Shown here: piece after piece, positions 28,545 to 37,636 of the stretch
How the letters are laid out: every line of letters begins with the position of its first letter
Position numbering within the stretch: the first letter of the stretch is position 1
Position numbers and translations under genes: made by a program
The notes under the pieces: generated by a model
Seen by the model: the letters and a program-made list of their open reading frames with translations, nothing else
Told to the model about the DNA's origin: nothing
Database searches by the model: none
From: a virus
Lineage: Duplodnaviria > Caudoviricetes
DNA length: 64,000 bases
Strand: one strand, 5' to 3'
IMG/VR virus record: IMGVR_UViG_3300020576_004755
Span: 96,001 to 160,000 of that record

Positions 28545-28756
28545 CGTGGAATTGCCTTTTGTACCGCTGCCTTGAGCAAGGTCTTTCGAAGCTCTGCACG
28601 AATCGGAAACCCGTTTGCTTCTGCATTTTCAAACTGCTCAACGATTGCAAACAATGAAGTTGCAAGGGTTTCCACAAGTTCTTCATTTGAAGTTGTGTAA
28701 CGATCAAGAATGATCGTATCGATTAGCTTTTCGACGTTTTGCTCTAGGATGGTCAT
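28541..28756 (-). CDS. hypothetical early protein
   Basis: ORF after promoter. Confidence 0.6.
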   Translation of the reverse strand: MTILEQNVEKLIDTIILDRYTTSNEELVETLATSLFAIVEQFENAEANGFPIRAELRKTLLKAAVQKAIPR

Positions 28757-28765
28757 TGTTCGTGT

Positions 28766-28795
28766 AGCCTATCATGGAATATGGAAAATGTAAAC
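28766..28795 (-). promoter_or_regulatory. early-type promoter
   Basis: GTTTACA-N17-(TGa)TAGGCT. Confidence 0.65.
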
Positions 28796-28821
28796 CAAAG
28801 TTGAAGCGATTAGCGTAGCGG

Positions 28822-29199
28822 TTAGTGCGGAACCTCTTTAACTACTGGACAAAAGTGACTCTCTGAGTCTGCTAGCTCGTTTAGAAAGACTTTGACAAAG
28901 GCTCGGACAGGCATGGGAAGTGAGGTTGTTGTGACTGCTGGAGCAAAATGATAAGATACAGTGTTCTGAAAAGTCCAGTAATGGTTGATCCAACCTGAAC
29001 CCTCTTCTCCCTTATAGAGAAAGTTGCACGGTCCCGTGATTGCCTTGTCGGAGATTTCAATAAATCGTTTGGTTTTTGGATTTGTCATATTATTTCGAGA
29101 AATAGAACCAAGGAAGCCGATAAAAGATGCAGAGTTAATCTTGAAAAAGATTAATGGCATTGGTCCAAGAGTCTCTGTGTTTGTTCTACGGATTGTCAT
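28822..29199 (-). CDS. MTIR-tag family orphan
   Basis: starts MTIRRTN. Confidence 0.7.
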   Translation of the reverse strand: MTIRRTNTETLGPMPLIFFKINSASFIGFLGSISRNNMTNPKTKRFIEISDKAITGPCNFLYKGEEGSGWINHYWTFQNTVSYHFAPAVTTTSLPMPVRAFVKVFLNELADSESHFCPVVKEVPH

Positions 29200-29497
29200 C
29201 TTTTTCTTTCTTCAAAAGCTGTGCAATCAACCCATCCCACATTAGCCGAAACTTGATATAGTTTGGAGGAGACTCAATATACTTGTAAATCTTCTCGTTC
29301 ACAAAGAGTTCAATCAACCACTCTTGCTTCTCTGTGAACGGATCGGACTTTCCAAGATACCGCTTTATCTGGCTCTTAAACCAAAAGAGAAAGGTTTCCT
29401 TCTCGACGCAGTAAAGCTCAATTCCACGAATGAACCGACTGATCTCGTCTGAGAAGAAGATTTTCTCCTTTTTCTTCTTTTGGTATTTCGTTGCCAT
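29186..29497 (-). CDS. hypothetical protein
   Basis: MATKYQKKKK. Confidence 0.55.
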   Translation of the reverse strand: MATKYQKKKKEKIFFSDEISRFIRGIELYCVEKETFLFWFKSQIKRYLGKSDPFTEKQEWLIELFVNEKIYKYIESPPNYIKFRLMWDGLIAQLLKKEKDDNP

Positions 29498-29507
29498 GAT
29501 GTTGTTT

Positions 29508-29738
29508 TTAGTCGTGCGAGGTATAGGATCCGAGAGAAAAGCTGCAATACTCACGGGTCCACTCAAGCGTCTCAGGATCGTACTCTCCGTCAACATAGAC
29601 GGTGATCTGTGGGCTGGTGTAATATCCACCCGTAGAAATCTCTTCAAGGTGGATCTCTGCCTTGTACTTCTTAAGAAGCTCCTGTAGATCCTTTCGGAAC
29701 TCTGCTTCGACTTCCTGCTTGGTAATCATTATGGTCAT
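29508..29738 (-). CDS. hypothetical protein
   Basis: ORF in operon. Confidence 0.6.
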   Translation of the reverse strand: MTIMITKQEVEAEFRKDLQELLKKYKAEIHLEEISTGGYYTSPQITVYVDGEYDPETLEWTREYCSFSLGSYTSHD

Positions 29739-29751
29739 GGTTCAATCATCA

Positions 29752-30003
29752 TCAGTGTGCGTCAGGATAGATAAGGTAACAGTTGGTATCCAGTAAAAGT
29801 GCTTCTGCGTGAACTCGACGATTTCCACAAGAACATCGCGGTTCGCCTACAATCCAAGTCTCGCATTCGCAAATGTTGCTGTCAATCCTTACTTCTTCGT
29901 CTGATTCAGACCAAACCTCAAGCCAAAATGCAATTGCATCTTCTGCCGAATCGGCAATTACTTCTGCGGAAGAAATCGATTCGTTTCGAAAACTAGCTTT
30001 CAT
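29752..30003 (-). CDS. hypothetical protein (RCSCGNRR)
   Basis: ORF in operon. Confidence 0.6.
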   Translation of the reverse strand: MKASFRNESISSAEVIADSAEDAIAFWLEVWSESDEEVRIDSNICECETWIVGEPRCSCGNRRVHAEALLLDTNCYLIYPDAH

Positions 30004-30007
30004 TTTT

Positions 30008-30250
30008 CTACTTCTCCTTGTTTCTTAGAAGAGAGCCGCAAATCGCGTTTAGCTTCTGCAAATGCTCAATTTCTTGTAACAATGCATCTACATTGGTGAC
30101 GTTCGCGTCGTCTTTGAAATTTGCACACGCTTTCATCCAAGCAAGTGCAGCCTCATAATCATTTGGATTCTCATCCAAATTCTTGCGGGTGATTTTTACT
30201 TGATCAACCGCTGCACGGCATTGATCGATAATTGGTTTGGTGATTGTCAA
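30008..30250 (-). CDS. hypothetical protein
   Basis: ORF in operon. Confidence 0.55.
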   Translation of the reverse strand: MTITKPIIDQCRAAVDQVKITRKNLDENPNDYEAALAWMKACANFKDDANVTNVDALLQEIEHLQKLNAICGSLLRNKEK

Positions 30251-30539
30251 ATTCTATATCACGCAAGGTAGAGTCAACAGATTTAATTGTGTCATAGACT
30301 TGCCGACGAATAGTCTTTGGAAGGTATGGGACTTCGTGATAGGTTAGTTCTTTAAATCTTCCAAGGCATGACAGGCTGGCTGTTGAATAATCTGCTGGAA
30401 GTTGAAAGCTGCACTGTCGAACATAACCAAGGTAATACCAATCGCCATAAGAATCAAAATCATGTATAAAGATGGCTACGTAGATGTTGTCCACAGTCTC
30501 TTGAACATAATCATGACGGTGTAGTGCTCTTATGGTCAT
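30204..30539 (-). CDS. MTIR-tag family orphan
   Basis: starts MTIRALH. Confidence 0.7.
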   Translation of the reverse strand: MTIRALHRHDYVQETVDNIYVAIFIHDFDSYGDWYYLGYVRQCSFQLPADYSTASLSCLGRFKELTYHEVPYLPKTIRRQVYDTIKSVDSTLRDIEFDNHQTNYRSMPCSG

Positions 30540-30757
30540 TACAATTCACCCCTCCAAATCTTCTTGATTGCATTATATTGCATTGGCAATGCTCTCATTG
30601 GACCAACCATGTAATTCATGGTGAAGTTCATCATGTAATATTTAGGTAGGGGATGACGAGAGGATTCATGGACAGGGATAACATCTTCTTTGTCCTGAAG
30701 AAGAGTATAGATTTCAAAGCCTTCAACAACATGCGAATATGTTTTTCTGATTGTCAT
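30539..30757 (-). CDS. MTIR-tag family orphan
   Basis: starts MTIRKTY, ATGA overlap. Confidence 0.7.
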   Translation of the reverse strand: MTIRKTYSHVVEGFEIYTLLQDKEDVIPVHESSRHPLPKYYMMNFTMNYMVGPMRALPMQYNAIKKIWRGEL

Positions 30758-31002
30758 TTCCAATCTCCCAAATCTTTCACCAAGATCAACTTATGTTCAT
30801 TGCGAATCTCTTCGCAAAACTTATGGGCACTTTTCCTAATTGCTGTTGTGAAAACTGTGCCTTGCCATGGATAACAGATTTGATAAGTGTAAGCATAGCA
30901 GGCAAGACCAAAAGGTACATTCTTGTCGTTGTCAGCTACCAACAAATAGTTCAAGCTACCAAAATGAGGATATGGTTTCTCTGGTCTTCTTCGAATTGTC
31001 AT
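30754..31002 (-). CDS. MTIR-tag family orphan
   Basis: starts MTIRRRP. Confidence 0.7.
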   Translation of the reverse strand: MTIRRRPEKPYPHFGSLNYLLVADNDKNVPFGLACYAYTYQICYPWQGTVFTTAIRKSAHKFCEEIRNEHKLILVKDLGDWK

Positions 31003-31310
31003 ACGTACAATGGTCCATTTCCTTCTTTTTGCTCAAGATAGCCATATTCAAGGCAAAGGGTTTGAAGCCAAAGAAACTCTTTTGAGGACGCTAGTGGTTT
31101 AATTCCTGCGTCTGAATATAGAAACTTTTCAGAAAAGCAATTTTCACCAGCGATGATTCTTCTAGCCCATGCGTTGAACCATATAAGCTTTCTAAGATCC
31201 TCGCCGAGATATGTGATAATCACAGCAGGATACCAATCCGTAGAAGCACGAAGAGGATTTGTTCTGATCTGATACTCGAAAGTATTCTTATGTGAGATTC
31301 TAATAGCCAA
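30999..31310 (-). CDS. MTIR-tag family orphan (TTG start)
   Basis: TTG GCT ATT AGA = (M)AIRISH. Confidence 0.6.
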   Translation of the reverse strand: MAIRISHKNTFEYQIRTNPLRASTDWYPAVIITYLGEDLRKLIWFNAWARRIIAGENCFSEKFLYSDAGIKPLASSKEFLWLQTLCLEYGYLEQKEGNGPLYV

Positions 31311-31554
31311 AGCTACAACCACTTTCCTGCATCATGCGTTGAAACTCCATATGGTGTTTAACGTTACCATTATAGAACATAAACGTCCAGTCTGATTTCC
31401 TGACTTTGCCGTCTGTGCCTATAAATGTTCGGTTTTGAAGTATGTATCCATGCCGGTCCAGTCTATTATTACGCTTTTTGTTGCCCCATGTGAGCATGAT
31501 GAAACAATCCGTCTTTTTCAAGAGCTTTGTACTGTGTCTTGCTCGGATTGTCAT
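31300..31554 (-). CDS. MTIR-tag family orphan
   Basis: starts MTIRARH. Confidence 0.7.
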   Translation of the reverse strand: MTIRARHSTKLLKKTDCFIMLTWGNKKRNNRLDRHGYILQNRTFIGTDGKVRKSDWTFMFYNGNVKHHMEFQRMMQESGCSFGY

Positions 31555-31557
31555 TAC

Positions 31558-31833
31558 TCAGAATCCTCTGATTGTTGTAGACCTACGTTCTGCTGCTGGC
31601 ATCTGTGCTAGGATTCCCCACGCATAAGAAAGAACCAATGGATGAGACTTTCTTGTTGCCTTGGTGGCAAGGTAGATTTTGCCTTGCGATTCTTGTGTCA
31701 CAACATCAAGAGTCATGAAATGATAATGTGGTCTAAGGTTCAAATGAAAGGCACGGAACAGATTCTTACTTTTTCTGTTCTGCATGAGCTTCAATGTCTT
31801 CTTGTCGAAGTTGAGTGTTTGTCTGATTGTCAT
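31558..31833 (-). CDS. MTIR-tag family orphan
   Basis: starts MTIRQTL. Confidence 0.7.
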   Translation of the reverse strand: MTIRQTLNFDKKTLKLMQNRKSKNLFRAFHLNLRPHYHFMTLDVVTQESQGKIYLATKATRKSHPLVLSYAWGILAQMPAAERRSTTIRGF

Positions 31834-31836
31834 TTT

Positions 31837-32040
31837 TTATAGGAGTCCTCTTGAAACAAGTTCAGCAATCTGCACGTAACGGATGTAAAGACGGGTATGA
31901 GCTACAGCACGACCAGAGAATGTCATTGGTATCTCTTTCTGGCAGCATGATAGACTGTAAAGCATAGTGTCAGGGGAAATCATCAAGTAAACAGTCTGTT
32001 TTCTTTTGAGCTTATCTGTGTGGGTTGTTCTAATGGTCAT
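31837..32040 (-). CDS. MTIR-tag family orphan
   Basis: internal ATG gives MTIRTTH. Confidence 0.65.
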   Translation of the reverse strand: MTIRTTHTDKLKRKQTVYLMISPDTMLYSLSCCQKEIPMTFSGRAVAHTRLYIRYVQIAELVSRGLL

Positions 32041-32042
32041 TT

Positions 32043-32297
32043 TTATAGCAGTCCATCGAAAGCTTTGTGCCAGTTTGGAATATCGGTTTGATATAGAAAG
32101 AGTCTTTTGAGAAATCCAGAGTAAGAGTTTACCTGAGAAAGAGTTGCTAGTTTGAATCCAACAGGAGTACGAGGACGCGACCATGCTGTTGGTGACACAG
32201 TGCTCTTGTGAAGAGTTACAATCTTGGCTCTTATGTTCTCAACTCCATGAGTCTTTAGTGAAAGAATATTTGTTGTGCAGGTTGATCTGATTGTCAT
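32043..32297 (-). CDS. MTIR-tag family orphan
   Basis: MTIRSTC, ATGA overlap. Confidence 0.65.
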   Translation of the reverse strand: MTIRSTCTTNILSLKTHGVENIRAKIVTLHKSTVSPTAWSRPRTPVGFKLATLSQVNSYSGFLKRLFLYQTDIPNWHKAFDGLL

Positions 32298-32548
32298 GGC
32301 ATTGGTAGTCCAAAGTGAGTTCTCCATTGCAAGGATTCTTCGTAACTTACGTTGCAACCCCAGGTAAACAGGGGTCGAGTGGGTCGAGGGTGATTACTTA
32401 GCCTTCTAGCAGAATAAGAATAAATCATCCCCGTCCAGTGCCGTTTCGGATCGTCGTTTAACGATACAATCTTCGCAAGATACCTACCATTGTAGCAGTC
32501 TGTTGGCAGGTTTGTAAACTTTGTTACGTGTATTGTCCTGATCGTCAT
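32294..32548 (-). CDS. MTIR-tag family orphan
   Basis: starts MTIRTIH. Confidence 0.7.
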   Translation of the reverse strand: MTIRTIHVTKFTNLPTDCYNGRYLAKIVSLNDDPKRHWTGMIYSYSARRLSNHPRPTRPLFTWGCNVSYEESLQWRTHFGLPMP

Positions 32549-32555
32549 TTGTTTA

Positions 32556-32789
32556 TTAGAAGCTTCCTTGAAGCATTATATCCGAAATCAACCGAAAATG
32601 TGTGCCATTCATTGTAAAGAACAAATTGCGCAGACCCTCTCCATCAATACGAACCATGCAGCCTGCCCCAATGGTATATATGTTGCTTAGGTGTACAGTG
32701 TCATCTTGGAAAATCCCATGACCAGCCCAAAAGTTGCAAGCAAACGCATTGCTACAATCGTCGTATTTGAATTTTGTTCTAATTGCCAT
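32556..32789 (-). CDS. MTIR-tag family orphan
   Basis: starts MAIRTKF. Confidence 0.7.
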   Translation of the reverse strand: MAIRTKFKYDDCSNAFACNFWAGHGIFQDDTVHLSNIYTIGAGCMVRIDGEGLRNLFFTMNGTHFRLISDIMLQGSF

Positions 32790-33039
32790 AATACTCGCAC
32801 CACAATTGAATATATCTGTTTAGCATTTTCTCTGGAGCAAAGATTGGGGCATCACGAAAATAGTAGTGGTCTTGCTTGTATCCACTGGACACTTGCATTT
32901 CGTACGTAACTACGGTGCCAGATTCTCTCTCGTGAGTCCAGTTAACTGGACTTGTTTGTCTTGTTTGTGCATAGAAAGACCGCTTCCAAAAAACTTCCCA
33001 TTTTGGCAATGCGTATATGTATGTTGTTCTAACGGTCAT
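32779..33039 (-). CDS. MTIR-tag family orphan
   Basis: starts MTVRTTY. Confidence 0.7.
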   Translation of the reverse strand: MTVRTTYIYALPKWEVFWKRSFYAQTRQTSPVNWTHERESGTVVTYEMQVSSGYKQDHYYFRDAPIFAPEKMLNRYIQLWCEYYGN

Positions 33040-33242
33040 ATAAACTCTGCATAGTATATGCGTACCAAGTATGACGCCGCGACGAACGCCTCATCAGAGA
33101 AAAACCAATTTTTTCTACTTTTTACCAAAGGGTATTCAAGAATAAGCCCAGAATGCCTCCGATGAATACGACGAGCAAAAGTGGTAGTTGCTGTACTCTT
33201 GGAAGAAGGTAGTTCTGCTCTGTATGTTGTTCTAATCGTCAT
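33036..33242 (-). CDS. MTIR-tag family orphan
   Basis: starts MTIRTTY. Confidence 0.7.
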   Translation of the reverse strand: MTIRTTYRAELPSSKSTATTTFARRIHRRHSGLILEYPLVKSRKNWFFSDEAFVAASYLVRIYYAEFI

Positions 33243-33243
33243 T

Positions 33244-33507
33244 TTAGTCCATTATCTCCCCTCGCTCAATAGCCCAAACAAGTCTTGTGCATGGATCTCT
33301 TGGACCAAGCGGAGTTCGATTCAATGCGATTCGAACCTCGTCCTTCCCAGGTCGAAACCAGAAATCTCTATACATGAAAAATCCCGATGGTGTAGGAGAA
33401 TATAACCCAGGAGGAAAAGAAGGCGGAAGAGGTCTGGCATTTTCTTTAAACAGACCAACAACAATGACCATGTTGTTTTTTGACTTGTATGTCTTTCGGA
33501 TTGTCAT
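33244..33507 (-). CDS. MTIR-tag family orphan
   Basis: starts MTIRKTY. Confidence 0.7.
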   Translation of the reverse strand: MTIRKTYKSKNNMVIVVGLFKENARPLPPSFPPGLYSPTPSGFFMYRDFWFRPGKDEVRIALNRTPLGPRDPCTRLVWAIERGEIMD

Positions 33508-33950
33508 GGCATGATGTATTCACTGGTAAGAGCATCAATGTTTTCAAAATCGTAGTGATTTGCAAGGTCTTCCCATGCCATCTTTGTTTGAAGTCTCATT
33601 GTGAGATGAAATGATTTGGGTTTGACAAGACCTAGCTTTGCCAAAATATACTCTACGTCCTGCTTAAAACTACGATAGTGATTCTCGGCAAGAAAATGAG
33701 CTAGACTTTCATGTAGTCCATGTGGCATAGACTTGTGAGTTACCTGCCAACTTTCTACATTCGCAAAAATGGGCTCAGACTGTTTTAGATTTCTACCATA
33801 ACGAATTGCAGGACGACATATCACAATCTTTGGCATCGTGTTAACGTAGAAATGTTTCCCGTCCCCTGTCCGACCAGCATAAAGTGGTACTTTCCTTGTA
33901 CGAGTCAAGGTTGTTGGAAGTTCTGTTTGATATGTTCTTCTAATGGTCAT
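33504..33950 (-). CDS. MTIR-tag family orphan (paralog of 55619-56041)
   Basis: MTIRRTY; VNTMPK and KPKSF shared. Confidence 0.7.
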   Translation of the reverse strand: MTIRRTYQTELPTTLTRTRKVPLYAGRTGDGKHFYVNTMPKIVICRPAIRYGRNLKQSEPIFANVESWQVTHKSMPHGLHESLAHFLAENHYRSFKQDVEYILAKLGLVKPKSFHLTMRLQTKMAWEDLANHYDFENIDALTSEYIMP

Positions 33951-34213
33951 GGAAGTGTTTTGTTTCTCATAACAGAGACGAGGCATTCCATAACATCAGC
34001 AATCAAGAGAATTGATATTTGATGCTTAGTCATCGTCGATTCAGCTCCAAATAGACTGGACAGATTTGTTCCAATATCGGTGACTAGATCTATAAGATAA
34101 CACTCACCGTCAGGATGATATTGACCTTTTCTGTCAGCAAACGTGCCAATCCAAGCACTCGACGGAGTGCTTGTATCCCAATCGTCAGTCCTGTGTGTTC
34201 TTCTAATGGTCAT
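33947..34213 (-). CDS. MTIR-tag family orphan
   Basis: internal ATG gives MTIRRTH. Confidence 0.65.
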   Translation of the reverse strand: MTIRRTHRTDDWDTSTPSSAWIGTFADRKGQYHPDGECYLIDLVTDIGTNLSSLFGAESTMTKHQISILLIADVMECLVSVMRNKTLP

Positions 34214-34223
34214 AGTGTTTTTA

Positions 34224-34469
34224 TCAGAACACTCCAGTCTCTTCAATTTGCTTGAACAACTTCCCATATGTTGTGGGAAGTCCAGTTCTACCTTGACACA
34301 TAGGAACTTTGTTATATCCGCTGTTAATATGCCTATATTTAGGATGAAAATACCAGTTACTTTTCCATACGAGTATCGGTTCGTTGTAGCGCCAGGAATA
34401 TTCGTCTATAAACGCTACAGAAACAGCACTTGAATTGTTACTGGATTTTATTGTATGTCTAATTGTCAT
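34224..34469 (-). CDS. MTIR-tag family orphan
   Basis: starts MTIRHTI. Confidence 0.7.
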   Translation of the reverse strand: MTIRHTIKSSNNSSAVSVAFIDEYSWRYNEPILVWKSNWYFHPKYRHINSGYNKVPMCQGRTGLPTTYGKLFKQIEETGVF

Positions 34470-34707
34470 GTGACTTGACCAGTTCTTTGAACTCTGTCAT
34501 TGCACAAGCACTCACAAAGTATTTATCTGCGCGGACGAAACGTTCCTCACGAATAGAAAGTTTGTGAATGCAGTTGAGAACGAGTTTGTTGCACAGAGAC
34601 TTTACCTCTATGTTGTGATAGACATAGGTGTCAAAACGATATACTTTGCCTAGCTTTTCCGCAAAGCTTATCAAGCCATTCTGCACGTTTGTTGTTCTAA
34701 TTGTCAT
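34459..34707 (-). CDS. MTIR-tag family orphan
   Basis: starts MTIRTTN. Confidence 0.7.
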   Translation of the reverse strand: MTIRTTNVQNGLISFAEKLGKVYRFDTYVYHNIEVKSLCNKLVLNCIHKLSIREERFVRADKYFVSACAMTEFKELVKSHDN

Positions 34708-35348
34708 TGTACCAATAGTCCATTCTTCTTCAAGAAGTCATAGAACTTACCAAACCGCTGCGCATCAAGCTTGTTGATCTTTTGCACTTGATTTAGCTTG
34801 GTTTGGTAAGCATCCCAATCAATGTCGTCCTTGGTCCAGTTAAGCTCAGAACCCTTATTCATATCCTTTCTAAAATCACCAATGACCACGGTTGAGTAGA
34901 ACCCTCCGGTGCCCTTCATCTTGTTATAGATTTGATTTAGCAATTGGTTGAAGAGCTTGTCTGCAAGTACCTCGTTCGGAGTATCGTTATTGCGAGTTGC
35001 TCCAACGACTGTATTCTCTGCCGAAGTGTAATCTGTCATCTGTTGACGACACTTCAAATCAATCTCTGCCTTCTTGTGCCATTCGTTTTCATTGATCTGG
35101 AAAGATAGCTCTCCGGTCCTGAACGGCTTGTAGAAGTTAAGAATAACCTCAAGACCTGCCCAATCAAGATAAGGCAAGTCTTCTGTCTTGGTCGTGAAGA
35201 ACGTATCGTGCCATACTTGATCGCACTCAAGCATTACGTGCTTAAGGCGAAGCAGAACACGACTGTTCACAAAATCATTCATTCCATCGTACTGAATGAA
35301 CGCTGATGCTGATGATGCCTGCTGTTGCTTCTGTTGCTGCTTGCTCAT
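34704..35348 (-). CDS. hypothetical protein
   Basis: MSKQQQKQQQ..., ATGA overlap. Confidence 0.7.
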   Translation of the reverse strand: MSKQQQKQQQASSASAFIQYDGMNDFVNSRVLLRLKHVMLECDQVWHDTFFTTKTEDLPYLDWAGLEVILNFYKPFRTGELSFQINENEWHKKAEIDLKCRQQMTDYTSAENTVVGATRNNDTPNEVLADKLFNQLLNQIYNKMKGTGGFYSTVVIGDFRKDMNKGSELNWTKDDIDWDAYQTKLNQVQKINKLDAQRFGKFYDFLKKNGLLVQ

Positions 35349-35677
35349 CCTGCAATCTTCTTCCACGAGTTCATAAACGAAACAATATTCATCGCACCAG
35401 CGGGATTGCTGGAATGAACCTGATAAGCTGGACACTTTGGAAACTCGTCTTGCTCATAGAACCACTCCTCAAGCTGACGAAGAAAAACCATGGTTGTGTC
35501 GTCACCACCGAGATCATGGTCGAAGCTGAAAAACTCAGGAAGACCATAGAACTTGACGTAGTGAATCGCATCTGCACTGTTTCTGCAAATGACCCATTGT
35601 CCAGGCACGTCCCTCTTTGGAAGATGCTTAACGTCGTCAAGACCGCGAAGGTCGTCGAGAAAAAGGAAATATGCCAT
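35345..35677 (-). CDS. cyclic-phosphate-processing receiver-like domain protein
   Basis: LFLDDLR...SFDHDLG...VHSSNPAG; GGAGG RBS. Confidence 0.8.
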   Translation of the reverse strand: MAYFLFLDDLRGLDDVKHLPKRDVPGQWVICRNSADAIHYVKFYGLPEFFSFDHDLGGDDTTMVFLRQLEEWFYEQDEFPKCPAYQVHSSNPAGAMNIVSFMNSWKKIAG

Positions 35678-35741
35678 GACGGAGGTTTACTTTCCCTTAC
35701 ATCATGGCATATCTATTTTGTTTTGTAAACTCGAATACGTA

Positions 35742-36467
35742 TTATTTCTTCGAAGTCTTTTTAGGCTTTTTTGGTGTCGATACCAATTCTGGTTCTGGTT
35801 GCTTGTTCACAACGCGCTTTGGAAGCTCTGTTGGCATAACGAACTCAACGTTCATGTTAACGCTGATGTTGAACTTTGGTGTTCCAATCACGTTGGCAAC
35901 ATTGTGCTTAACGCACTCATTCGCGTCCAAGAACCAGTCTGCATGACGACGTGAGGTAATCTCTTTGCCAAAGTATTCCTTGGTATGACCGCAATTGGCT
36001 GCCATGATCTCAAGAATCTTGTCGTTCAAGCGATCTGCTTCCTTGGCAGATGCCTTGATCTCTTCATTCTTACCAAAGGCAACGGACGATACTTCATGAA
36101 TCATAACGGTTGCGTTTGGACCAACGAAGCGATAGCCCTCGTGTCCACAAGTGAAGAGTGCTGCTCCGCATGACATTGCCTTGCCTTCAACAATCGTAGC
36201 AACCTTCAAAGAGGGATCGATTGAGTTGATAGCGTCAATGCAAGCCATGAGAGAATAGACTTCTCCACCGTATGAGTCGATGATGATTGGAAGAACCTTC
36301 TGCTGCGATTCAAGGGCATGATTCTCTGATTGAATCAAGTCTTGACGGAACTTCATGCAGTTGTCTTCTGAGAACTCGCCTGTGAAGCGAACGTAAATTG
36401 GAAACTTTGAGTGCTTCTCTGGTTCGATTAGTGTAATTCTTGGATCTACATTAACGATATACTTCAT
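35742..36467 (-). CDS. clpP: ClpP-family protease
   Basis: IDSYGGEV, GKAMSCGA (catalytic Ser), MIHE (His), DWFLDA.E. Confidence 0.9.
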   Translation of the reverse strand: MKYIVNVDPRITLIEPEKHSKFPIYVRFTGEFSEDNCMKFRQDLIQSENHALESQQKVLPIIIDSYGGEVYSLMACIDAINSIDPSLKVATIVEGKAMSCGAALFTCGHEGYRFVGPNATVMIHEVSSVAFGKNEEIKASAKEADRLNDKILEIMAANCGHTKEYFGKEITSRRHADWFLDANECVKHNVANVIGTPKFNISVNMNVEFVMPTELPKRVVNKQPEPELVSTPKKPKKTSKK

Positions 36468-36539
36468 ATGATAATCTCGTTTCTTTAAGTCTTGTTGTTT
36501 TTTGTTTTTTGATGTTAGCAAGTGCAACAACAAGAATAG

Positions 36540-36568
36540 AATCTAACATTGAGACTCATATGTGTAAA
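36540..36568 (-). promoter_or_regulatory. early-type promoter upstream of clpP
   Basis: TTTACA-N17-(TGt)TAGATT. Confidence 0.55.
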
Positions 36569-36592
36569 TGACTATGAATAATGTGGCAAAGT

Positions 36593-36898
36593 TCACTTAA
36601 ACTTTGTTATCGTATCGCACATTTGTTCGTAGTCCTTTTGCATATCTTTGTCAAAGGCATTGAATGTCTTTGGATAGAGATAGTGAAGGAAATACCTGTA
36701 GGTTTCATCTGCCATGGTAACAGAGTACAGCGACGGATTGATCATTGTGTTTTCCGATAACACACGAACAGCAAATGGAAGAGTAATCACAAGTCCATCA
36801 ATCCTCAAAATGATAAAGCTTCCAACATGACTAGAGCGTCCTAGTCCTTGGAAAAGCAAAATCTTCTTTCTTGTCTTGCTGTTATATCTTATTGCCAT
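36593..36898 (-). CDS. MTIR-tag family orphan
   Basis: starts MAIRYNS. Confidence 0.7.
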   Translation of the reverse strand: MAIRYNSKTRKKILLFQGLGRSSHVGSFIILRIDGLVITLPFAVRVLSENTMINPSLYSVTMADETYRYFLHYLYPKTFNAFDKDMQKDYEQMCDTITKFK

Positions 36899-37217
36899 AG
36901 TGTTGAAGTGTGTAAAGGTTCTTTAGCTCTTTGTGAATCTGCTTCATTTCAAGGTTCTTTAACACTTTGAAGTGACTTGCGTGGTTTATGTATTTTAGTT
37001 CAAGAAGAGGATCCTTGAAGACTGCGTATCTCTTATCCATCAAGACTTGACGACCTTTTACTTTCCAGTAAGGAAACATATGGTTAATCATATCGCCAAC
37101 AGAGATTTCCTCGCCATTGATGTAAAGCTCGTAATACATATCCCTTGATTTGACGTTGTAGGACGAAACAAGATGAAATACGTTCACCTTCGTTACCGTG
37201 ATCCTTCGGATTGTCAT
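36882..37217 (-). CDS. MTIR-tag family orphan
   Basis: starts MTIRRIT. Confidence 0.7.
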   Translation of the reverse strand: MTIRRITVTKVNVFHLVSSYNVKSRDMYYELYINGEEISVGDMINHMFPYWKVKGRQVLMDKRYAVFKDPLLELKYINHASHFKVLKNLEMKQIHKELKNLYTLQHYGNKI

Positions 37218-37585
37218 AATCCAAAGTCCAGTAGACGACGGATGATAACATAGTCAGGAATAAGGTTAAAGATGCATTCTCTAGAAAGAGGATGCATTGA
37301 ATTCTCAACGTTGTCTACAGACTCTTCGGAGGCAGCATGGATTCCTGTTTTAAGCTGCTCGTAGTAAGGAGCCAAGTTAGACATAGAGTTCTTCACAAGA
37401 TTCTTGTCGAAAAGAATGAAGAACGCTTCGTTGTGCTGCTCTCCGTTTACCTTTTCTTGGAACCAAGTTACTTCCATTCCATAGAACTTTAGGTCTTGTT
37501 CTACGATGAATAAGTGAACGCAGCAGTCTTGAGACTGATCTCTGTCATCTAGGTTTACGTTGCGACAAATAGAACGGATGGTCAT
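37214..37585 (-). CDS. MTIR-tag family orphan
   Basis: MTIRSIC. Confidence 0.7.
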   Translation of the reverse strand: MTIRSICRNVNLDDRDQSQDCCVHLFIVEQDLKFYGMEVTWFQEKVNGEQHNEAFFILFDKNLVKNSMSNLAPYYEQLKTGIHAASEESVDNVENSMHPLSRECIFNLIPDYVIIRRLLDFGL

Positions 37586-37636
37586 ACCAATAGATATGAC
37601 CATCCATTATGATTATTCTAGAACTGTCTTTTCTAC

